In this document: positions 57,065 to 64,000 of the stretch, piece after piece
How the letters are laid out: every line of letters begins with the position of its first letter
Position numbering within the stretch: position 1 is the first letter of the stretch
Source of the DNA: Planctomycetota bacterium
GTDB taxonomy: Bacteria; Planctomycetota; GCA-002687715; CAIWVZ01
Assembly: GCA_044222185.1 (NCBI GenBank)
Contig: JBGANV010000001.1
Coordinates: 32,001-96,000, forward strand
Length of the DNA: 64,000 nucleotides
Direction of reading: 5' to 3'
Position numbers and translations under genes: made by a program
Notes under the pieces: generated by a model
Told to the model about the DNA's origin: nothing
Databases searched by the model: none
Seen by the model: only the letters and a program-made list of their open reading frames with translations

Positions 57065-57514
57065 ATGCTTTTTCAGTACGCGAACGTTCTGGTTGGCCTG
57101 GTCTTCGGGGCCATCTTCGTCGTCCTGAACATCTCCGTCGTGAATCGGATCCTCGCGCCGCGCGTGAAGAACGCCGCGAAGGAATCCATCTACGAGTGCG
57201 GTGAGCCGGCGGTCGGATCGGCCTGGGTGCGCTTCGACATGCGCTTCTACACCGTCGCGCTCGTCTTCCTCATCTTCGAGGTCGAGGCTGCGGTGATGTT
57301 CCCCTGGGCCGTCGTGTTCCGACAGTTCCGGGAGCTCGGTGGCAGCGCCAACGGCATGTTCGCCTTCGTCGAGATCCTGCTGTTCATCCTGATCCTCGGC
57401 GTGGGCTTCATCTACGTGTGGGCCAAGGGTGATCTCGACTGGGTCAAGTCGACCCTCGCATCGAAACTCGATGCCCCGGCGCCCACCACGGCCTCCAAGA
57501 ACCTCTTGCCCTGA
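57065..57514 (+). CDS. nuoA: NADH-quinone oxidoreductase subunit A
   Basis: [28 protein letters not shown]. Confidence 0.96.
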   Translation: MLFQYANVLVGLVFGAIFVVLNISVVNRILAPRVKNAAKESIYECGEPAVGSAWVRFDMRFYTVALVFLIFEVEAAVMFPWAVVFRQFRELGGSANGMFAFVEILLFILILGVGFIYVWAKGDLDWVKSTLASKLDAPAPTTASKNLLP

Positions 57515-57542
57515 ATCGTCCCGCCCGCGGAGAGTGACCACG

Positions 57543-58088
57543 ATGTCCCAGTCGTTGCAGGAACTGAACCTGAACCACGACGTCCCGACACGGGACAACA
57601 TCCTCATCACGTCAGTCGACAAGCTCATCAACTGGACGCGCCGCTCGTCGGTGTGGCCCATGACGTTCGGACTCGCCTGCTGCGCCATCGAGATGATGGC
57701 CGTCGGTGCGTCGCACTACGACATCGATCGGTTTGGGAGCGGGCCGTTCCGGGCCACGCCGCGGCAGGCCGACCTCATGATCGTGGCTGGCACGGTGAGC
57801 CACAAAATGGCGCCGCGCGTCAAGCTTCTCTTCGACCAGATGCCCGAGCCCAAGTACGTGATCGCCATGGGCGCGTGCACGGTCTGCGGCGGACCCTACA
57901 TCAAGCACGGCTACCACGTGCTGAAGGGCGTCGACCGTTTGATTCCCGTGGATGTCTACCTGCCCGGCTGCCCGCCGCGCCCGGAAGCGTTGCTCGAAGC
58001 TCTCTTCCGGATCCAGGAGAAGATGGAGCGCGAGCGCATCCTCGATCGCACGCGCGAAGGGCTTCGTCCGACGGTTCTCGCGGAGTAG
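57543..58088 (+). CDS. nuoB: NADH-quinone oxidoreductase subunit B
   Basis: [27 protein letters not shown]. Confidence 0.97.
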   Translation: MSQSLQELNLNHDVPTRDNILITSVDKLINWTRRSSVWPMTFGLACCAIEMMAVGASHYDIDRFGSGPFRATPRQADLMIVAGTVSHKMAPRVKLLFDQMPEPKYVIAMGACTVCGGPYIKHGYHVLKGVDRLIPVDVYLPGCPPRPEALLEALFRIQEKMERERILDRTREGLRPTVLAE

Positions 58089-58093
58089 GTGCA

Positions 58094-58567
58094 ATGACTC
58101 CTGACCAAGTCATCGAGCGGCTGAAGGCGAAGCACGCCGACGCGATCCTCGCCGTGGATCCGGCTCCCAAGAACCCGTTCGCGAAGGTGGCCCCTGCTGC
58201 ATGGCCGGCCGTGGCCGCGACGCTGCGGGACGAACTCGGGTTCAACTACCTCGTGTGCCTCACGGCCATCGACCGCGGGGCCGAACTCGAGGCGTTCTAC
58301 AACCTCGAGCACATCGCCGACGTCCGCTACCAGTTCGGCATCCGCGTCTGCGTGCCGCGCGAAAAGCCCGTGATCCCCACGGTCGAGAACGTCTGGCGAA
58401 CGGCCGACTGGCACGAGCGCGAGGCGTGGGACCTCATGGGAATCGTGTTCGAGGGGCACCACAACCTCGTCCGGATCCTCTGCGCCGAGGACTGGGAAGG
58501 CCACCCGCTCCGCAAGGACTACAAGGCGCCCGAGTCCTACCACGGGATCAAGAACGTCGTCGTCTGA
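58094..58567 (+). CDS. nuoC: NADH-quinone oxidoreductase subunit C
   Basis: ADWHEREAWDLMGI.F.GH, W.GHPLRKDY. Confidence 0.96.
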   Translation: MTPDQVIERLKAKHADAILAVDPAPKNPFAKVAPAAWPAVAATLRDELGFNYLVCLTAIDRGAELEAFYNLEHIADVRYQFGIRVCVPREKPVIPTVENVWRTADWHEREAWDLMGIVFEGHHNLVRILCAEDWEGHPLRKDYKAPESYHGIKNVVV

Positions 58568-58585
58568 CCGCAGGCGGAGTACACG

Positions 58586-59746
58586 ATGGAAACCCAACTG
58601 ACCGCGAAGCCGAACGCGCCGGCCTCCGATTTCCGCAGCCAGGAAATGCTGCTGAACATGGGGCCCCAGCACCCGAGCACGCACGGCGTGTTCCGCGTGA
58701 TGATCCGCACGGACGGCGAGATCGTCATCGACTGCGAGCCCCACGTGGGCTACCTGCATCGCTGCTTCGAGAAGCACTGCGAGAGCGTCACGGTGTTGCA
58801 GACGGTGCTCTACACCGATCGACTCGACTACCTGATGTCGATGGGGAACAACCTGGGCCTCTCCCTCGCCGTCGAGCGGCTCTGGGACAACTTCGTCGTT
58901 CCCGAGCGCGCGCAGTACATCCGCATCATCGTCACCGAACTGAACCGCATCGCCTCGCACCTGATGGCGATCGGAACGTACGGGATGGACATCGGCGCCA
59001 TCACGCCGTTCCTCTACTGCTTCCGTGATCGCGAGAAGATCCTGGCGATCCTCGAGACGATCTGCGGCCAGCGGCTCAACTACAACTACGTCCGACCGGG
59101 CGGAGTGGCGTACGACGTCGACGACAAGATGGTCGAGATGGTCCGCGACTTCTGCAAGTACTTCCGGCCCCGCGCGCAGGAGTACAACGACCTGCTGTCG
59201 TCCAACGACATCTTCATCGCGCGCACGGCGAACATCGGCGTGCTGCCGGCCGATCTGGCCATCCAGTACGGATGCACCGGGCCCGTGCTGCGAGGCTCGG
59301 GCGTCAAGCGCGACCTGCGCAAGGACGCGCCGTACTGCATCTACGACCGTTTCCAGTTCGACATCCCGATCGGGACGGGCGAGCGCGGAGTTCTCGGTGA
59401 CTGCTACGACCGCTACATGGTGCGCGTCCGCGAGATGATCGAGAGCTTGAAGATCGTCGAGCAGGCGGTGAAGCAGATCCCCGACGGGCCGATCAAGTCG
59501 GAGGCCGTGAAGGGTCGCATCCGCCCGCCGAAGGGCGAGGCCTTCACGCGCGTCGAGAACTCGCGCGGCGAGCTCGGCTTCTACATCGTGAGCGACGGCA
59601 AGGATGTGTTGCCGCGCGTCAAATGCCGTGCGCCGTCGTTCCACAACATCTCGGTCCTGTCCGAGATCTCGCGGGGAACGATGATCGCCGACATGGTCGC
59701 GATCATCGGCAGCATGGACATCGTCATGGGAGAGGTCGACCGCTGA
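58586..59746 (+). CDS. nuoD: NADH-quinone oxidoreductase subunit D
   Basis: NMGPQHPSTHGV, GYLHR, DRLDY, GEVDR. Confidence 0.97.
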   Translation: METQLTAKPNAPASDFRSQEMLLNMGPQHPSTHGVFRVMIRTDGEIVIDCEPHVGYLHRCFEKHCESVTVLQTVLYTDRLDYLMSMGNNLGLSLAVERLWDNFVVPERAQYIRIIVTELNRIASHLMAIGTYGMDIGAITPFLYCFRDREKILAILETICGQRLNYNYVRPGGVAYDVDDKMVEMVRDFCKYFRPRAQEYNDLLSSNDIFIARTANIGVLPADLAIQYGCTGPVLRGSGVKRDLRKDAPYCIYDRFQFDIPIGTGERGVLGDCYDRYMVRVREMIESLKIVEQAVKQIPDGPIKSEAVKGRIRPPKGEAFTRVENSRGELGFYIVSDGKDVLPRVKCRAPSFHNISVLSEISRGTMIADMVAIIGSMDIVMGEVDR

Positions 59747-59782
59747 CGAACGTCGCGGTGGGCGGGAAACCAATCGAGTCGT

Positions 59783-61015
59783 GTGATGACGGACACGTTC
59801 AGCTTCACGTTCGTTGACTGGCTGCTCGGCCCGAACGCGCCGCTCCTGTGGCGCGGAATCGGTGCGTTCGCCGTCTGGGCCGTGCCGATCACGGCATTCG
59901 TCTCGCTGGTCGGACTGTTCTCGATCTGGCTCGAGCGAAAGGTCGCAGGACACATCCAGTGCCGCCTCGGACCCATGGAGGTCGGGCCTCACGGCACCCT
60001 TCAAACCGTCGCCGACGGCGTGAAGCTCCTCGCGAAGGAGGACCTCGTTCCGGCGGACGCCGACAAGTTCCTCTTCGGGCTTGCGCCGATCATCGCCTTC
60101 GCGGGCACGATGGTGGGCTTCGCCGTGGTGCCGTTCGGTCCCAACCTGATCATCGCGGACCTGGACATCGGCATCTACTTCCTCGCGGCCGTCGGCTCGC
60201 TCGAAGCCATCGGCATCGTCGCCGCCGGGTGGGCATCGAACAACAAGTGGTCACTGCTCGGTGCCGTCCGCGCGGCGACGCAGGTGGTGAGCTACGAGAT
60301 CCCCATGGCGCTCAGCTTCCTCACGATCATCGTGCTGGCGGGCTCCATGCGCGTCTCGACGATCGTCGAGCAGCAGCACGGGTGGTTCGTGAACTGGTTC
60401 CTGTTCCGCAACCCCTTCGTCTGCGTCGCCTTCGTCATCTACTACATCGCGTCGCTCGCCGAATGCAAGCGCGCGCCGTTCGACCTTCCCGAGGCCGAGT
60501 CCGAACTCGTTTCCGGCTTCCACACCGAGTACTCGGGGATGCGGTTCGCGATCTTCTTCCTTTCCGAGTACGCGCAGATGTACGTCGTGTCGGCCATCGC
60601 CGCCGTCCTGTTCCTCGGAGGGTGGTACACGGGAATCGCCCCTCTCGACGCCGCAGTCGCGAAGTCGACCGTCGCCGCGAACGCGATCGGGGCGCTGGTG
60701 ATCATCACCAAGTCGTTCTTTCTCGTGTTCGTCCAGATGTGGCTGCGGTGGACTCTGCCGCGCATCCGCCTCGACCAGATGATGTACCTGTGCCTGAAGG
60801 TGCTGCTGCCCTTCAGCATGGTCACGCTGATCCTCTCGACGGCCTGGGAGGGACTCGTTCCGTCGACGGGGCCCAAGTCGGCGGGCGGCGTGATGACGTC
60901 GACCATCAGCGTCGTCGGGGTTGTGGTGTTCGTGTTGCTCCTTGCGGTTGGTTGGATGTTCGTTCGCAAGACGCTGAAGGCGACGCCGAGCTTCCAGAAA
61001 GCGAGCCAGGCATGA
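59783..61015 (+). CDS. nuoH: NADH-quinone oxidoreductase subunit H
   Basis: ERKV...Q.R.GP, ADGVKL..KE, SYEIP, PFDLPEAESELV.G. Confidence 0.97.
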   Translation: MMTDTFSFTFVDWLLGPNAPLLWRGIGAFAVWAVPITAFVSLVGLFSIWLERKVAGHIQCRLGPMEVGPHGTLQTVADGVKLLAKEDLVPADADKFLFGLAPIIAFAGTMVGFAVVPFGPNLIIADLDIGIYFLAAVGSLEAIGIVAAGWASNNKWSLLGAVRAATQVVSYEIPMALSFLTIIVLAGSMRVSTIVEQQHGWFVNWFLFRNPFVCVAFVIYYIASLAECKRAPFDLPEAESELVSGFHTEYSGMRFAIFFLSEYAQMYVVSAIAAVLFLGGWYTGIAPLDAAVAKSTVAANAIGALVIITKSFFLVFVQMWLRWTLPRIRLDQMMYLCLKVLLPFSMVTLILSTAWEGLVPSTGPKSAGGVMTSTISVVGVVVFVLLLAVGWMFVRKTLKATPSFQKASQA

Positions 61016-61689
61016 GCATCGGAAACTACTTCACGCAGATCGGGTCGGCGGCGAAGTCGCTCGTCTCCGGCATGGCGCTGACTCTGCGGTACATGCTCCG
61101 GCCGAAGGAGATCGTCACGATCCAGTACGGGTCGAAGAAGTTCGCGCCGAAGGAGCGCTACATCCCGGACCGTCACCGCGGAGTGCACTTCCTCGAGACC
61201 GAGAAGTGCATTCACTGCCACATTTGCGAGAAGGCGTGCCCCGTCGACTGCATCCAGATGGATGGCACGCGCGATGGCGGGTTCGAGGGGGCATGGCAGG
61301 GCGACGGTTGCTTCATCAGCAGCTTCACCCTCGACCTGAACAAGTGCATCTTCTGCAACCTGTGCTGTGAACCGTGCCCCAAGGAGTGCATCCACATGGG
61401 GCTCGAGTTCGACACGGCGTCGTACAACCGGGCCAACGGCGTGAAGAACCTCCTGACCGACGCGCCGTACTCGGCGACTGATCGGGAGACGGAAGCGCGC
61501 GCGCGCAAGCTCATCGAGGAAGTCGAAGCCGAAACGAAGCGCAAGAAGGCCGAGGCGGCCGCCAAGAAGAAGGCCGAAGCCGCAGCCAAGGCTGCCGCCG
61601 CGCCCCCGCCCGCCGCGAAACCGGCTGCTCCGACCACGCCACCGCCGGCGCCGCCTGTGCCACCCGCGGGGCCGACGACGTCGAGCTGA
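61012..61689 (+). CDS. nuoI: NADH-quinone oxidoreductase subunit I with Lys/Ala/Pro-rich tail
   Basis: CIHCHICEKACP and CIFCNLCCEPCP 2x[4Fe-4S] motifs. Confidence 0.95.
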   Translation: MSIGNYFTQIGSAAKSLVSGMALTLRYMLRPKEIVTIQYGSKKFAPKERYIPDRHRGVHFLETEKCIHCHICEKACPVDCIQMDGTRDGGFEGAWQGDGCFISSFTLDLNKCIFCNLCCEPCPKECIHMGLEFDTASYNRANGVKNLLTDAPYSATDRETEARARKLIEEVEAETKRKKAEAAAKKKAEAAAKAAAAPPPAAKPAAPTTPPPAPPVPPAGPTTSS

Positions 61690-61707
61690 TCGACGAGGAA
61701 AAGACGC

Positions 61708-62214
61708 ATGGACTTCAAGGCGATCAGTTTCTGGATCTTCGCGGTGATGACCGTCGTCCCCGGTCTGATGATCGTGCTCTCGCGCGACATCGTCCGCGTC
61801 GCGTTCTGGCTCTTGGCGGCTCTCGGCGGAGTCGCTGGTCTTTACGTGACGCTCGGTGCGGACTTCCTCGGGTTCACCCAGGTCCTCGTGTACATCGGCG
61901 GGATCATGGTGCTGATCCTCTTCGGCATCATGATGACGCAGAAGGAGCAGATCCCGCTCGGGCGCCCGGAGACTTCCCCCGTCTCGATCTTGACGGGGTT
62001 GCTCATCGCGGCGGTCACGGCTGGGGCGCTGCTCCTCGTCGTCCGCAACACGACCTGGCGGTCCGACGTGGAAGTCGGGACCACGGCAACGACGGCTGGA
62101 ATCGGCACCGAACTCCTCACCAGCTACGTGCTGCCCTTCGAACTCGTCTCGGTGCTGCTTCTCGTCGTGCTGTGCGGCGCGGCCTACATCGCGCGCCGGA
62201 AGGCGGAGGACTGA
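61708..62214 (+). CDS. nuoJ: NADH-quinone oxidoreductase subunit J
   Basis: QVLVYIGGI.VL.LF.IM, Y.LPFEL.SVLL. Confidence 0.96.
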   Translation: MDFKAISFWIFAVMTVVPGLMIVLSRDIVRVAFWLLAALGGVAGLYVTLGADFLGFTQVLVYIGGIMVLILFGIMMTQKEQIPLGRPETSPVSILTGLLIAAVTAGALLLVVRNTTWRSDVEVGTTATTAGIGTELLTSYVLPFELVSVLLLVVLCGAAYIARRKAED

Positions 62215-62215
62215 C

Positions 62216-62530
62216 ATGGGCCCCATCGGCCTGACCCATTACCTCGTCGTCAGCGCGTTGCTGTTCGCGCTCGGCGTCGCCGTCGTGCTCACCCGTCGCA
62301 ACGCGATTGCGGTGCTGTGCGGGCTCGAGTTGATCCTGAATGCGGCGGGGCTGAACTTCGTCGCGTTCAACAAATTCTCATCACCGGCCCGACTCGATGG
62401 TCAGATCTTCACGATCTTCATCATCATCATCGCGGCCGCCGAAGCGGCGACGATCCTGGCGATCGTCCTGAACATCTACCAAGCCCTGAACACCGTTCGG
62501 GTTGACCAGGTCGACACGCTCAAGGAATAG
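62216..62530 (+). CDS. nuoK: NADH-quinone oxidoreductase subunit K
   Basis: RRNAI, ELILNA, AAAEAA. Confidence 0.96.
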   Translation: MGPIGLTHYLVVSALLFALGVAVVLTRRNAIAVLCGLELILNAAGLNFVAFNKFSSPARLDGQIFTIFIIIIAAAEAATILAIVLNIYQALNTVRVDQVDTLKE

Positions 62531-62534
62531 GCGC

Positions 62535-64000
62535 ATGCCGTTGACCGATCTTCCGATGCCGACGCCAGTCAAGCTGGCGCTACTCGTGATGCTGCTGCCG
62601 CTCGGGGCGTTTGCACTCGAGTTGCTGCACGCACTGTTCACCCGGCGCATGCCGGCGTGGGCGGACAAACTCAGCACGGCCGTGATGGTGACGGCGCTGG
62701 GTACGAGCCTCTATCTGTTGTTCACCGAAGTCCTCGCGCATCCCCACGGGATCGAGAAGGCTCATCTCTGGGCGACGAGCTGGATGAACTTTGGGAGTTC
62801 GTCGCCGCTGCGCGTCGACTTCAGCATCCTCGTCGACAACCTGACGGTCGTGATGCTGTGCGTGGTGACGGGCGTCTCGACGCTCGTCCACCTCTATTCG
62901 ACGAGCTACATGCACGGCGAACTGCGCTACCAGCGGTTCTTCGCCTACCTGTCGCTGTTCACGTTCTCGATGCTCGGTTTGGTCATCGCGAACAACATCC
63001 TGCTCCTGTTCATCTTCTGGGAGCTCGTCGGCGTCTGCTCCTACTTCCTCATCGGGTTCTACATCGAGAAGAAGTCGGCGGGTGATGCCTCGAAGAAGGC
63101 GTTCATCACGAATCGCGTCGGTGACGCGCTGTTCATGACGGCGATCATGATCGTCTTCTCCGTCATCTCGAAGACGTCAGGCGGGAAGGACGTCTTGTCC
63201 TTCCAGATGATCTACCAGTCGATCGGCGAGCTGGGACAGGGCAAGGGCCCGTGGGTCGGCGAGTCCGGCCTGCTCACTCTCGCCGGGATCTTCTTCTTCA
63301 TGGGGTGTGTGACGAAGTCGGCGCAGTTCCCACTGCACATCTGGCTTCCGGACGCCATGGAAGGCCCGACGCCGGTGTCGGCGCTCATCCACGCCGCCAC
63401 GATGGTCGCGGCCGGCGTGTACATGATCGTCCGCATGTTCCCCGTGCTGGCGGGGGAGGGTTACCTGTCCGGTGACTACTTCCACAGCTCGCCGCTCCTG
63501 ATCGTCGCCCTCGTGGGCGGGTTCACGAGCATCTTCGCCGGAACGATCGCGCTCGTTCAGCAGGACCTGAAGAAGGGCCTGGCGTACTCGACGGTTTCGC
63601 AGCTCGGGTACATGGCGATGGCGGTCGGCGCGGGCAGCACGACGGCCGGCATGTTCCACCTCTTCACGCACGCGTTCTTCAAGGCGTGCCTGTTCCTCGG
63701 TGCGGGCTCGGTCATCCATGCGGTTCACAGCCAGCTGATGAAGGACATGGGCGGACTTCGGAAGAAGATGCCCATCACCTACTGGACGTTCCTCATTTCG
63801 ACGCTGGCCATCGCCGGCTTCCCTTTGACGTCCGGGTTCCTCTCGAAGGAGATGGTGCTCAGCGCGGCGCTTGCGTTCTCGAACATGCACCCGGGGTCGC
63901 TGGTGCACAAGCTGCCGTTCATCTTCGCCGCAGCGACGGCCGTGCTGACGACGTTCTACATGTTCCGCATGGTGTGGTTGACCTTCTTCGGCAAGGGAGC
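62535..64000 (+). CDS. nuoL: NADH-quinone oxidoreductase subunit L (3' truncated by window)
   Basis: Read from ATG 62535: FWELVG..SY.LIGF, KAFITNRVGD, KSAQFPLH.WLPDAMEGPTPVSALIHAATMV, HAFFKA, GF.SKE. Confidence 0.95.
   Translation, partial: MPLTDLPMPTPVKLALLVMLLPLGAFALELLHALFTRRMPAWADKLSTAVMVTALGTSLYLLFTEVLAHPHGIEKAHLWATSWMNFGSSSPLRVDFSILVDNLTVVMLCVVTGVSTLVHLYSTSYMHGELRYQRFFAYLSLFTFSMLGLVIANNILLLFIFWELVGVCSYFLIGFYIEKKSAGDASKKAFITNRVGDALFMTAIMIVFSVISKTSGGKDVLSFQMIYQSIGELGQGKGPWVGESGLLTLAGIFFFMGCVTKSAQFPLHIWLPDAMEGPTPVSALIHAATMVAAGVYMIVRMFPVLAGEGYLSGDYFHSSPLLIVALVGGFTSIFAGTIALVQQDLKKGLAYSTVSQLGYMAMAVGAGSTTAGMFHLFTHAFFKACLFLGAGSVIHAVHSQLMKDMGGLRKKMPITYWTFLISTLAIAGFPLTSGFLSKEMVLSAALAFSNMHPGSLVHKLPFIFAAATAVLTTFYMFRMVWLTFFGKG

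Noticed and set aside
58586-59746. Group 4 [NiFe] hydrogenase large subunit
   Set aside because: No N- or C-terminal CxxC Ni-binding motifs; has the complex I DRLDY and GEVDR signatures

Overview
High-GC bacterial chromosomal window. The gene content and style (short pheT, ECF sigma/Ser-Thr kinase pair, many Sec-signal proteins with Gly/Thr-rich repeats) suggest a Planctomycetota genome; this is an inference. Core blocks: rnpA-yidD, rqcH-like/ndk, a complete F0F1 ATP synthase operon, aspS, thrS-infC-rpmI-rplT-pheST, a probable 6S RNA, an L,D-transpeptidase, and a complex I operon nuoABCDHIJKL with no nuoEFG, running off the window end. The window begins inside a group II intron whose 3' end sits exactly at the start of a 106-bp duplicated REP-like hairpin unit. 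Accessory stretches (about 3.9-10 kb, 20.4-35.3 kb and 45.8-55.7 kb) encode secreted proteins. Main observation: four otherwise unrelated secreted proteins (beta-helix protein, 1924-aa repeat protein, astacin, matrixin) end in a similar ~110-140 aa tail with G-[LVI]-x3-[LV]-Q, and in all four the Gln is followed by exactly 23 residues. Two tandem paralogs carry a divergent version. This is a candidate undescribed C-terminal sorting/anchoring signal. Most Sec-signal proteins here also have Gln at the predicted +1 position. Start codons were adjusted by eye and no database searches were run.
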